Shown: positions 1 through 9,600 of the stretch, piece by piece
Numbering within the stretch: position 1 is the stretch's first letter
Layout: every line of letters starts with the position of its first letter
Virus record (IMG/VR): IMGVR_UViG_3300042874_000443
Coordinates: 64,001 to 128,000 of that record
Strand: one strand, 5' to 3'
DNA length: 64,000 nt
From: a virus
The notes under the pieces: model-generated
The model's input: only the letters and a program-made list of their open reading frames with translations
Databases searched by the model: none
Told to the model about the DNA's origin: nothing
Program-made: the position numbers and the translations under genes

Positions 1-1226
1 GCGCCGGCGATGTCGTCGGCGACGTCATCGCGTCCCACGAGTTTCGAGGGTTCGATGTAGTCGCCGTTGTCGAACACGGCGAGGTAGGGCTTCGCGTTGT
101 AGCCGCGACGGATCGCGTAGTCCGCCTCATTGGGCCGACCTTGTGGATAGACCTTGATGGACCCGCGATGCTTCGGATCGTAGTACGAGTTCTCGACGAG
201 AGGGTTGTGGCCCGGGATCGCTGGACGGCGTCCGTAGCGCGTTCCTTCATCGAACAGGTCGATGGGGTTCGACATCACGAACGCGTGACGCTCTTTGCCG
301 TCGGACGCGTAGAGTGTGTAGCAGCCCGGCTGGTTGGGCTCGGTCCACCGCTCGTATGGCTGCTCTTGCACGGCCATGTTGCGATCGAGACGCTCGTCCT
401 TTGCTGCGAAGCCCTTCTTCCGGACGCCGGCGTATGCCTCTCCAGCCCTGTCGCCGAAGATGCGCTTGAAGTCGGTCGGCGTGTTGTCCGCGTCAGCGAT
501 CCAGAGGGCGCCGCCGTACTGCTGCTTCGCCGCGACTTTCTCGGCACGTAGCGCAAGCGCCGATGCAAGCGCCTTCACGCCGTACGTCGCCGCCGCTTGC
601 TTCATCAGGCGCGGATTCTTCTCGAGCAGCTTGGTGTACGCGACCTTCAGCTTGTTCGGTGCGGCCGCGAGGAGCGACGGCAGCATCGGTGCGTGGTCCT
701 CCGCCACCTTTTCGAGCGCCTGCGTGTTGATCACGCGTGCGACATCGAAGAGCGCCTTCGACACCCACGCGGCGTACGAGAAACGTCCGGTGATCGGCGG
801 CACGACGACGTTGCGGATGTCGACGTCGGTGTAGAGCGTCTCGGGGGTCTTGACGCCGGTCCCGAGCGACGAGAGTGCGTTCTTGTCGATCTCGTCGAGC
901 CACCCCTTGTTCAAGGGCAGGAAGACGTTCATCGCCTTGTGAAAGAACACCTCGAGCGGCTTGATGGCGTTGTCGACCATCACGACCGGGATGTAGATCG
1001 GCTGTCCGTGGTGCAGCACCACGAACGCACCGACGCCCGATCCCTTGTCGATGTCGACGTCGAGCACCTTGAACGTGACGACGTCCTGCAGCACGTCGGG
1101 CATGCGCGACGACAACAGGTTGTACGCCATTTCGGACATACCTTGCTCGAACAAGGCGGATTCTTGATCCGGGCCCGCACCCATTCCAGCTTGAAGCTGT
1201 TGCGTTCGGGGAGACATTGCCGGCAT
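1..1226 (-). CDS. Large hypothetical (putative head/virion) protein, N-terminal >408 aa, runs off left edge
   Basis: Not in ORF track. Manual translation from ATG at 1226 (overlapping the HNH stop) gives MPAMSPRTQQLQAGMG...TFKVLDVD...GVGAFVVLHHGQPIYIPVVMVDNAIKPLEVFF..., open to position 1. Contains EKVAE, LKVAY, MKQAAA, EKVAA. Confidence 0.8.
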   Translation of the reverse strand, partial: MPAMSPRTQQLQAGMGAGPDQESALFEQGMSEMAYNLLSSRMPDVLQDVVTFKVLDVDIDKGSGVGAFVVLHHGQPIYIPVVMVDNAIKPLEVFFHKAMNVFLPLNKGWLDEIDKNALSSLGTGVKTPETLYTDVDIRNVVVPPITGRFSYAAWVSKALFDVARVINTQALEKVAEDHAPMLPSLLAAAPNKLKVAYTKLLEKNPRLMKQAAATYGVKALASALALRAEKVAAKQQYGGALWIADADNTPTDFKRIFGDRAGEAYAGVRKKGFAAKDERLDRNMAVQEQPYERWTEPNQPGCYTLYASDGKERHAFVMSNPIDLFDEGTRYGRRPAIPGHNPLVENSYYDPKHRGSIKVYPQGRPNEADYAIRRGYNAKPYLAVFDNGDYIEPSKLVGRDDVADDIAG

Positions 1227-1705
1227 CAGTTGTTCCTCTCGTGCGGGCAGGTCCCGTACAGCCCCTTGGCCATGTTGCAGTTGTGGCAGAGCGTCCGAAA
1301 CCCAGACGGAAAACCGTTCGTGATCAACCAAGCATACAGGTTGGCGTTGTTGATCGTTTTGCGGTGTTGATTGCCCCCGCCATCAATGTGGTCGATGCAC
1401 AGAAACAAGAACTCGCGTTCGCCACAACACGCACAGCGGTCACCGTAGTGCTCGATCACTTGGCGGCGACGGTGTTCGTTCCGAATTTTGGCCGTGTCTG
1501 CGTACATGCGGAGGCATGAATCACAGAAACGTTTGGCTGTCGTCTTCTCTCCACCACATGCGCAGCAACGTCCGCTGTCCTCCAACACCTTTGCATGGTG
1601 ATTGTTTCGACAGCGTTCCGTACAGAAAACCTGCGTGCTTCGTCGTGGCGAGAACGACGTCTCGCAGCTTCGACACACGTTGGTGGTTGTTGCGGACGTT
1701 GACAT
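1226..1705 (-). CDS. Free-standing HNH endonuclease (Cys-rich)
   Basis: CACCGE...LCIDHIDGGG...TLCHNCNMAK pattern with N-terminal CxxC motifs; visibly more AT-rich than neighbours. Confidence 0.8.
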   Translation of the reverse strand: MSTSATTTNVCRSCETSFSPRRSTQVFCTERCRNNHHAKVLEDSGRCCACGGEKTTAKRFCDSCLRMYADTAKIRNEHRRRQVIEHYGDRCACCGEREFLFLCIDHIDGGGNQHRKTINNANLYAWLITNGFPSGFRTLCHNCNMAKGLYGTCPHERNN

Positions 1706-1731
1706 AAGGGCTAAGCGACCTGTTTAGGTCC

Positions 1732-1902
1732 TCACGAAGAACTTGGGAACGATACGACTTTCGGAAGGTTTGCGTCGGGAAGGCCGCCCAGCTGCTTGGT
1801 CTTCTGTGCCTTGAGCGAGCCGAGCGTCGGGGTGATGATCTCGCCGAGCTTCGCTACGACGGCTCGAAGGCCCGCTTCGCGGATGTGACGCGGAAGGCTC
1901 AC
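1732..1902 (-). CDS. Small hypothetical protein (56 aa)
   Basis: GTG overlaps upstream TGA (GTGA); MSLPRHIREAGLRAVVAKLGEII...; weak match to the leader motif of neighbouring genes; below the track cutoff. Confidence 0.5.
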   Translation of the reverse strand: MSLPRHIREAGLRAVVAKLGEIITPTLGSLKAQKTKQLGGLPDANLPKVVSFPSSS

Positions 1903-3233
1903 GCGCGCTGCGCGGCGTCGATGCGACGGAACATGTCGCGGAGCGACGCCTCCTTCTTGTCGTCGTCCTTCTTCTCGTTCTTGTCGCCGCCGCCGTCCTT
2001 CTTGGCGTCGATCTTGTCTTGGATGAACGACGGGAGTCCGCCCTTGCTCTCGCCCTTGTCGTCGTCCTTCTTCTCGTCCTTCTTGTCGTCCTCCTTCTTC
2101 ATGAACGGCGGAAGGTCATCGGCCTGTTTGGTGCCCTGGTTGCCCGAGCGCCCGTCGTACGCACCGGGGCGCGAGTGCGTCGCCTCCGGGTTGTGCTCGT
2201 TGTAGTTGCTGCGCGAGCCGGGCGGCAGGTTCGCCGGCGCTGCTGCCGTGCGATCCGCTGCTTCCTTCTGCAGGCCGCGGAGGTAGTACGCCTTCTCCTC
2301 GGTGGTCAGGCCCATGCACGCGCGCACGGCCGCGATCTTGGCGTTCTCGTCGAGAGAGCCCGGCAGATACTCGTGCACCTCGGCCGCGACCTTCTTGAAG
2401 AGAGCGATGTACGGGTCTTCGGAAGCGGCCTTGCCCGAGTGCTCGGTGAGCGAGTTCGAACCGCCCGGCGTCTCGGCCGGCTTGTTCGGCTGCGGGGTCT
2501 CGCGACCGATCACGGCCGGACCCGTCACCTGCTTCATCATCTCGCCCAGGGCGCCCTGGTGCGGAAGAACGGCGTAGCCGGGCGGACGCTGCGAAGCGTC
2601 CATCTTCGCTTCGGCCGACGACATCTCCTTGTTGCCCTTGTCGCCGCCGAGGATGGTCGAACCCTCGGCCGACTTGCGGAAGAGGTCCGAGAGCGACGCG
2701 GTACGCGAGTGCTCCTGCACCGAGTTGTCCTTGGAGTCGGTCTCCTTCGGTTTGTTCGGCTGCTCTTCTTCCTTGCCGACCGCGCCCGGACGCGTGTCGA
2801 CATCGGTCTTGCCGAGGCTGTTCTCGGCGTAGCCCGGCGGACGCTGCGACGCGTCCATCTTGGTCTCACCCTGTGGCGATTCGCCTTCGGTGTTCCCCTT
2901 GTCGCCACCCTCGATGGTCGAGCCCTCGGCAGCCTTCGTCATGAGCTGCGTCGCGTTGTAGTCCGCGACCTTCATGACGTCGTCCCACGTCGCGAGCTTG
3001 TTCCACCCGGCAGCCTTGAAGCCCGGCTGCTTCTTGATCCAGTCCGAAGCGCTGACGAGGTCCGTCGCGATCTTGTGGGTCGTCTCGCGACCGACGCCCT
3101 TCAGCGGGTCGATGTCGACGCGCTCGGCGATGTAGTCCGCGACCTTCGCCGCAGTGGTCTCGTCAGGGAATGCGGCAATGCCGCCGTTGATTAACGCGGT
3201 CTGGATGCCTCGGACGTACGCGTGCTTGAACAT
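1899..3233 (-). CDS. Putative internal head/scaffold-like protein with two ~90-aa repeats (444 aa)
   Basis: Start reassigned to ATG 3233 (GAGGAG RBS); duplicated KxAEGSTIxGGDKGN...KMDASQRPPGYA...QPNKPxET...NSxxEHS block; many K-x-A motifs; charged tail. Confidence 0.7.
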   Translation of the reverse strand: MFKHAYVRGIQTALINGGIAAFPDETTAAKVADYIAERVDIDPLKGVGRETTHKIATDLVSASDWIKKQPGFKAAGWNKLATWDDVMKVADYNATQLMTKAAEGSTIEGGDKGNTEGESPQGETKMDASQRPPGYAENSLGKTDVDTRPGAVGKEEEQPNKPKETDSKDNSVQEHSRTASLSDLFRKSAEGSTILGGDKGNKEMSSAEAKMDASQRPPGYAVLPHQGALGEMMKQVTGPAVIGRETPQPNKPAETPGGSNSLTEHSGKAASEDPYIALFKKVAAEVHEYLPGSLDENAKIAAVRACMGLTTEEKAYYLRGLQKEAADRTAAAPANLPPGSRSNYNEHNPEATHSRPGAYDGRSGNQGTKQADDLPPFMKKEDDKKDEKKDDDKGESKGGLPSFIQDKIDAKKDGGGDKNEKKDDDKKEASLRDMFRRIDAAQRA

Positions 3234-3260
3234 GCAAGTCTCCTCGGGGGGAACGGTGGA

Positions 3261-3268
3261 ATGATAGG
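3261..3268 (-). promoter_or_regulatory. Variant of the CCTATAAT element (CCTATCAT)
   Basis: One mismatch to the motif; intergenic, upstream of RBS and ATG 3233. Confidence 0.4.
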
Positions 3269-3297
3269 ACGGGACGCTCAAATATCCAACGGTTGCA

Positions 3298-3510
3298 CTA
3301 ACCGAGTGCTTGGGCCTTCGAAGCGCCCGTCGCCATTGGTGGTGCGGATGAGGCTGGTGGAGCCATGGTCGATGCGGGCTGTGGTTGTGTTCCCACGGAA
3401 GCCTGCCCACCGAGCATGGGGTTGTAGCCGGCAGCGCCCTGCTGCATGTTGCCGAGCTTGAAGCGTGCGAACGCAGCAGCGCGTCCTCGGTTGTAGGCGT
3501 CGTTGATCAT
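3298..3510 (-). CDS. Small leader-motif protein (70 aa)
   Basis: MINDAYNRGRAAAFARFKLGN then Q/P/A/M-rich tail; ATGA overlap with upstream gene. Confidence 0.65.
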   Translation of the reverse strand: MINDAYNRGRAAAFARFKLGNMQQGAAGYNPMLGGQASVGTQPQPASTMAPPASSAPPMATGASKAQALG

Positions 3511-3965
3511 TGGAAGGGGTCCTGTGGTGGTTGTGGCGGTGGGGCGCTACCGAGTAGATGTCCGGCACCATGCCCGAGGCGGCCGCCGAGCGCAGCACCG
3601 AGAGGCATACCAAGCATGCCGCCCGCCATGCCGCCGTATGCACCGCCCGCGAGACGCCCAAGTGTTCCGAGCGCATGTGACGCGCGCCCTTCGTTCGGGT
3701 CTGGATTGGTTACCGCACGCATCGCCATCGGTACCATGGCGAGCGTTCCTGCACGACCAATCCAGTTACCGAACGTACCGTACTGTGATGGCCAGAACAC
3801 GTTCTTCCAATGCAACGCACCGCCTGGTGAGAATGCCTTGGGTCCTTGTACGAACGCACGACCTGCATCACCGATGAGCGACCGTTTGGCGAAGTCGACT
3901 ATCCCAGCCACCTTGAAGTGTGACAGGGCTGCGACTACGCCTTGTTCATGTGCCTTTGACAACAT
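3507..3965 (-). CDS. Leader-motif protein with glycine zipper (putative membrane-inserting virion protein)
   Basis: MLSKAHEQGVVAALSHFKVAG; C-terminal GxxxG repeats LGRLAGGAYGGMAGGMLGMPLGAALGGRLGHGAG. Confidence 0.7.
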   Translation of the reverse strand: MLSKAHEQGVVAALSHFKVAGIVDFAKRSLIGDAGRAFVQGPKAFSPGGALHWKNVFWPSQYGTFGNWIGRAGTLAMVPMAMRAVTNPDPNEGRASHALGTLGRLAGGAYGGMAGGMLGMPLGAALGGRLGHGAGHLLGSAPPPQPPQDPFQ

Positions 3966-5746
3966 CAGTACTGACCCTCTTCGCCAAGGCCAAATTCAGT
4001 GCCGGCAACATACGCTGGAACAGGTGACGCTCCATGCAGATTGGACACATCCCCTCGATGGATACCCGCCAGCAATGACTCTTTGAGATAGCGATGTGCG
4101 AGACGCGCCATCCAGTCAGGGTTGAGAAGAGGTGTGCGCGACGCTGGGCGCATCAACGGCGTGGCGCGTGGGCCATGCTCTGCAATCAACACGGACGTCA
4201 CACCGTTCCGGGTCAGTTGGTCCGCCATCGGTTGCGTCACAAGCGTGCCTGCCGTGTGGTGCAGTACATTGTCCGCTAACGTCTCGCCGACCGCGTCCGC
4301 CGTGGGGAGGCGCTTCTTGGAAGATGCGAGCGCAGCATGGAAGCGGTTGTAGTCGACGACGTCGCCCTTCAAGAACGCGTCGTGCGGCCCAGGGTCCACG
4401 ATCTGTACGTGGTTCAAGACCGACTTCGCAAGGGTCTCGAGGTGGCGCTTGTCGACCTCGGAGCCCGAGCGTTTGTAGACGTCAGACAACGCGTCGACGA
4501 GATAGCGACGTCCTTCACCGAGGCCCTTGTGCTGCACGACTTCATCGGGCTTGGGAACGCCATCGGAGAGCAGGTCGCCCGCGTACATCGACTGTCCGAC
4601 GTTCACGATGACCTTGTGTGTGGGTGCCACGTAGTGACTGCCGTCGTTGACGAAGACGTAGTGCCCACCTTGAGGCGCCTTGTCGATCTTGGTGATCGTA
4701 CCGTCTCGGTTCGCAAGGGTTGCCTTGTGTGCGAAGGCCGTCGGAATTTCGAGCAGAGACCGCACACCTTTGATGCCTTCGAGGCGTTTTTCATCGTCGA
4801 CACTGGCCACGCGTCCGCCGTGCTTGGCGTTCAGCGAGAACTGCGTCAAAGGCTCGGACAGCGCTTGCGCTGCACGCACTCCGACGTTCGTTCCGATCGA
4901 GTGCATCGCGCCCGAGGGGGACAAGCCCTGGCAGTGCTGACAAACACCGTGCGCGGCTTCGCACGTCATCGGTGACCGTACGACGACTTCTTTGCCCGTC
5001 TTAGCCAGGGTCGACGCGTACTGCGGCGTGATGAGTTTGTTCGTCTTTGCTTCGTAGCGGTCGATGATGTGCGCGTCCGTCGGAAGCATCGCCAGTCCGT
5101 TGTGCGTGCCGCAGTCGATCTTCGTGACGAGCTGATCCCCCATGTTGTTGACGAGGATCTTGGCGAGGTCGCCTGGTTCGACGACGGAGATGTTCGACAG
5201 CACGGCGTTGACGCGCGCTTCGCCCCCGGCGACCCATGCGTCAGCAGGCTTGAGGCCTTCGGAGAAACTGCGATCGATGAGCCACGGGACGATCTTGCCC
5301 TTGGAGTCGCGCGCGAAGACAGGCGCTCCGACTGTACGCATCAGCTGAGGTGCGTTGCCGCGTCCGCCCGACCGCACCATCTCGCCCATCGTGCCCGGGT
5401 GCTTTTTTGCGAGCGTGAGCATCGAGTCGAAAGCGCCGTTGAGCGCCTTGTCCTTGTCGACGGTGGTCGTCGCACGACGAAACGCTTCGACGTGCGGCTT
5501 CATGGCTGCATCGCGTGCCGCGGTGTGCGGTGCGATGTCGTCGAGCCCGACCGAGATGCCGTCGAGCGTTGCCGTCTCGTCGCCCAGGCGTTTGAGCTTG
5601 GTGACGATGTCGGGGTACTTGTGCGGGTCATCCTTGGCGATGCCGACAAGGGTCTCGTTCAACGATCCTTTGGTGAGCGCGCCACGCCCGCGCCACTTCG
5701 GTGGGAGGATCGAGTCGACGAGATGTTGGCCGAGCGTGGTGGCCAT
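3965..5746 (-). CDS. rpoC: DNA-directed RNA polymerase beta' subunit, C-terminal half (phage-encoded)
   Basis: Colinear with bacterial RpoC C-half: GISVGLDDI, MVRSGGRG, SFSEGL, DCGT, VRSPMTC...GVCQHCQG (Zn), trigger loop AAQALSEPLTQFSLNAKHGG, DKRHLE. Confidence 0.93.
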   Translation of the reverse strand: MATTLGQHLVDSILPPKWRGRGALTKGSLNETLVGIAKDDPHKYPDIVTKLKRLGDETATLDGISVGLDDIAPHTAARDAAMKPHVEAFRRATTTVDKDKALNGAFDSMLTLAKKHPGTMGEMVRSGGRGNAPQLMRTVGAPVFARDSKGKIVPWLIDRSFSEGLKPADAWVAGGEARVNAVLSNISVVEPGDLAKILVNNMGDQLVTKIDCGTHNGLAMLPTDAHIIDRYEAKTNKLITPQYASTLAKTGKEVVVRSPMTCEAAHGVCQHCQGLSPSGAMHSIGTNVGVRAAQALSEPLTQFSLNAKHGGRVASVDDEKRLEGIKGVRSLLEIPTAFAHKATLANRDGTITKIDKAPQGGHYVFVNDGSHYVAPTHKVIVNVGQSMYAGDLLSDGVPKPDEVVQHKGLGEGRRYLVDALSDVYKRSGSEVDKRHLETLAKSVLNHVQIVDPGPHDAFLKGDVVDYNRFHAALASSKKRLPTADAVGETLADNVLHHTAGTLVTQPMADQLTRNGVTSVLIAEHGPRATPLMRPASRTPLLNPDWMARLAHRYLKESLLAGIHRGDVSNLHGASPVPAYVAGTEFGLGEEGQY

Positions 5747-5747
5747 A

Positions 5748-6131
5748 TCACATCATGGGGTAGCCGCCGCCCGCGTTCATCATGGCGTGCTGGCGTGCCT
5801 GCTCTTCGCGCTTGGCCTGGTTGTGTCGGTGCAACATGTAGAGGCCGCCGCCGGCGAGTAGCGACGGTGCGAGCGTCTTGAGATTGCCGAGGGCGCCCGC
5901 ACGCGCGGCCGCACCAGCAGCAGCGTCTGGCGCTCCGCCGAGGCCTTGGTGCAGGTTGCCGAGTAGGCTCTTGCCCGCCTCGAGCTGACCCGACCCGAAC
6001 GCCTTGGCCCGATCCATGAGGCCAGCACCGGCCGCTGGCGCTGCTCCCATACCTGGAAGTGGGAGCTGGTTGGCGATCTTGAAACGCGCGAGCGCGTCGA
6101 AGTGTCCTTGGGCAACGTAGCGGTCGAGCAT
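5748..6131 (-). CDS. Small leader-motif protein with hydrophobic Gly-rich segment (127 aa)
   Basis: Start reassigned to ATG 6131 (TGATG overlap); MLDRYVAQGHFDALARFKIAN; LAPSLLAGGGLYML. Confidence 0.7.
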   Translation of the reverse strand: MLDRYVAQGHFDALARFKIANQLPLPGMGAAPAAGAGLMDRAKAFGSGQLEAGKSLLGNLHQGLGGAPDAAAGAAARAGALGNLKTLAPSLLAGGGLYMLHRHNQAKREEQARQHAMMNAGGGYPMM

Positions 6132-6607
6132 CAGACGCCTCCGAAACTGGTGTTCTGTCCCATATCGCTGAGCCGGTTGGCGGCATCGCCGCCGGCAAGG
6201 TTCGACGGCGCACCCCACGACGTGTTGCGGTCGAGAGGGTCACGCGCTGCGAGCTGATCGGCGGGCGCCATCGGAGCGTCGATCTCCTTGAGCAGATCGG
6301 CGAGGCTGTCCGCTGTTTCTTCGTTCGCGCGTTTGGCGTTTCGATCTGCTTCAGCCTTATGGGCTGCGTCGAAGCCGTGGAATGTGCGGCTCGGAATCTT
6401 CAGGCGCAGTTCCTCGGCGGCTTGCTTGAAACCGAATCGCTCGAGAGCATCGACGATGCCGAGTAGGTGCGACTTCTTCACGTGCTGCGGCAACTTCTTA
6501 CCCTTGGGAGTGGCGTCCTCCCACTCCTTGACGGTCTTGGAGCTGATCTCGCCGCGGTCTGCCATGGCGTAGAACTTCCCCCGTTGCGCTTGGGACTTGA
6601 AGGGCAC
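6131..6607 (-). CDS. Hypothetical phage protein with internal copy of the leader motif
   Basis: N-terminus MPFKSQAQRGKFYAM; internal SHLLGIVDALERFGFKQAA; preceded by CCTATAAT. Confidence 0.7.
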   Translation of the reverse strand: MPFKSQAQRGKFYAMADRGEISSKTVKEWEDATPKGKKLPQHVKKSHLLGIVDALERFGFKQAAEELRLKIPSRTFHGFDAAHKAEADRNAKRANEETADSLADLLKEIDAPMAPADQLAARDPLDRNTSWGAPSNLAGGDAANRLSDMGQNTSFGGV

Positions 6608-6612
6608 GCTCT

Positions 6613-6620
6613 ATTATAGG
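6613..6620 (-). promoter_or_regulatory. CCTATAAT promoter-like element
   Basis: Exact motif 5 nt before GTG 6607; overlaps the RNAP stop codon. Confidence 0.55.
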
Positions 6621-9600
6621 CGCGAGCCTTTGATTTCGATGGGATCGTTGAGCGCGATCTCGCCCCGGTGATAGGCAGCCATCGCTTCTTCCTGGGACTC
6701 GAAGTGCTTTGTTTTCTTGCTGGCGGGGGCCTGCGTCGCTCGATGGAGCCCGAGCAGGCTCTCCATCTCGGGCACGATGTTCAAGACGCCCGGACGCTTG
6801 TCCGCAAAGATCATGTGGGACAGCGTCATTTTCTTCACGTCTTCGATGCCGGCCGGCGTGACGGGCGCGTGGATCTGCATTGCGTCACCGTCGTAGTCCG
6901 CGTTGGTCCCCTTCTCCGCGAAGGGGTTGAGCTTGAGGGTCTTGCCTTCCACGATCTTCGGGTACGCACCGATGATGTTGAAGCGATGTAGCGACGGCGC
7001 CCGATTCACCATCACCGGCCGCTCCCGGGATTCGTTGACCAGCTCCTCGCGTGCGATGGGCTTGCGGTCGTCGACCATCTTCTGCGCGTCGGTTGCGGTG
7101 TACCCGCGACGCACGAGGCGTCCGATCACGAACTTACCGTACATCCCCCAGAGCATTCCTTCGGGCACGCCGATCTCATCCATCGACAACGTCGGATCTG
7201 GCGCGATCGTCGCGCGCCCGCTGACGTCCTGTTGGCGCTTCATCAAACGCGATTGGAAGAAGCCGCTGCCCGGACGTGTGCCGGTGATCGCCGCGAGGTA
7301 TCCCTTCGCCCCGCGCTTCTCGGCACCAGGGCTGACAGGGTCACCGACGCCGTAGAGCGCGCTCACCGCGTCGTAGAGATGTTGGCGTGGCGCCGGATGT
7401 TCGGCGGAGGGCAAGCTCTTCGTCGCGTCCTTGAGCTGGTTGTTGGCGAGGAACGCATCCTTATAGAGAAGGTTCGCGTCGCTGACCTGCAGGCGCCCAT
7501 CCTTGAGCGGCAAGATGGGACGGATGATCGGCGGCGTGACGGGAACCTTCGTGATGACGTAGGCGTCCGCTGGTTTGAGGTTCTTCTCCTTGAGCGCCTC
7601 GAGATACTTGATCTGCTTCACTACGCCGTCGAGCGTGGGGCCGCGGGCCTTCTTCGACTGCGTGTGCAGATCCTTCAGCTTGTCGTCGACGTTGATCTCG
7701 CCGAGCGCCGACTTGAACCACGCACCGCCCTTACCGACGTGTGTCGTGAACTCCTTCTGTGTGAGGCCAAGGAGACGGCGGACAGGTTCTTCGAACACTG
7801 GGTTGACGATCGGTTCGTGAAGGTCGACGTGTGTCCACTTCGTGCCTGACATACCGCCCGTCATGCCGGGGTCGAAGAGCCCTCCGACTTCGGGACGCAG
7901 GTCCTTTGCACGGATCAGACGGCTGGGGTCCTTGAGCGCGCCTGACGACATCGACTTCACGTCGGCGTCCGTGAGGGGGCCGAGCGAGAGACGCGAGCCC
8001 GCCTTCGACACTTTCACACCAGCGCCGGTGAGCATGCTCTGCAGCTTCTCGTAGGCGAACGGAGTTTTGGGTGCAGGCGTCGGCAACCCGAGCTGCACCG
8101 CACGCCAGAACTCGTCGTTGCGTTGGCTCTTGATGGACGCAGCTTCACGCAGCACGTTGCGCGCGTTGTGCGCGACGAGCCCATCGAATTCCATCTTGCC
8201 GATGCCCTTGGCGCCCTCATCACCACCGCGCGCGGGCTGCTGGTTGTAGTCGTACCGCTCGGCGCCGTGCGCCGCCCAGTTCGAGTCCGTCGTCTTGAAG
8301 AGCTTGAGGATGTAGCTCTTGCCGACGACGACGTTGGGGATCTTCTTGCCGGTGATCGGGTCGAGCACGGTCTCTTTGTCGGAGAGGCCGTGTTCGTCGA
8401 GCAGCTTCTTTGCGAAGGCGACGTTGTCGCGGCCCGGCGTGTATTGCGGAACGACGATAGGCTTCCCGATCTTCTCTGCGACTTTGCCCAGCGCCGTCTC
8501 GACGATCTGTGCGGGGTTGATGCGCGAGACGACACCCGCGGACGTGAACAACAGATCGATCGGACGTCCTTGCGCGTCATGCACCATCTGGTGGTCGGGG
8601 ACGATCTTCGCGATGACGCCCTTGTTGCCGAATCGGTTGGAGAGCTTGTCTCCGATCTGCAGTGCTTCTTGTGTTCGAACCGACGCAGCTGCGTGCTTCG
8701 CTGTTTTCGCGATGTCGATGACAGTGCCCGGTCGGTCGTGGTCCCACGTCGCGATGACTTCTTCGTAGGGTTTGATGAGCGCCTTGGACAGCTTGCCGAG
8801 AAGCGCGGCGTCGCCCGTCGCCTTGTTTTCTCGAACGCCCACGATGATCGGGTCGCCCGGATGAAGCGTCACACCGTGCTTGACCACGCCGTCGTCGTCG
8901 AGCTTGTCGTACTGCTCCTTCGTGTACCGACTGCCGAAGTACGATCGATGACGCTCACGTCCGAGCTGCGTGTCGCCCTCACGTGACACCGCGTGCTGGT
9001 ACATGTGCTCGCTCGTCAGCTTGTCCGCCGCGCCTTGCGAAACGACGATACCGTCGTTGGTGTTGAGGCCGCGGTACGGCATGTACGCCACGCTCAAGTT
9101 CGTGCCGAGCGCGAGCGCCCCGCCCTTGGTGAAGTTGCTCTCGGCGAGCGGCTGGTTCTTCTTGACGGTATCGCCCACCTTCACGGTCAGCGTGTTGTGC
9201 AGCGCTGTCTTGGCTGCTAGCGGGAAGTCCTGATCGTAGTGGTGGCGCGAGTTTTCGGCTCCCGTCTTTGCGTGGTGCCCGACGTGGATGTAGTCGCCGT
9301 CGATCTTCGTGATGACGCCGTCGTGACGCGCAGTCGGCACGAGCAACTGCACCATGTCCTGTTCGACGGACGAACCGGGGTTCCATGATGCGACCTGAAC
9401 CAGTGGCGCTTCGCGATGGGTGAGCGGTAGCGCCTGTCCTTGATGCTTGCTCGCCATCAGCACACGGTTGCCCTGGATGCCGTAGACGAAGGGCAACAGG
9501 TTTGACGTCGGTCCGTACTGGTCAGCAACGTGTTCGATCTGATGTGTCACCTTGTCCGCAGACACGCGCGACACCACCCCGTGCGCCATCGCATCGACCA

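Noticed and set aside
5747-6613. Intron or intein interrupting beta'
   Set aside because: The gap holds two ordinary ORFs with their own promoter-like element; no splicing motifs; beta'(C) has its own ATG
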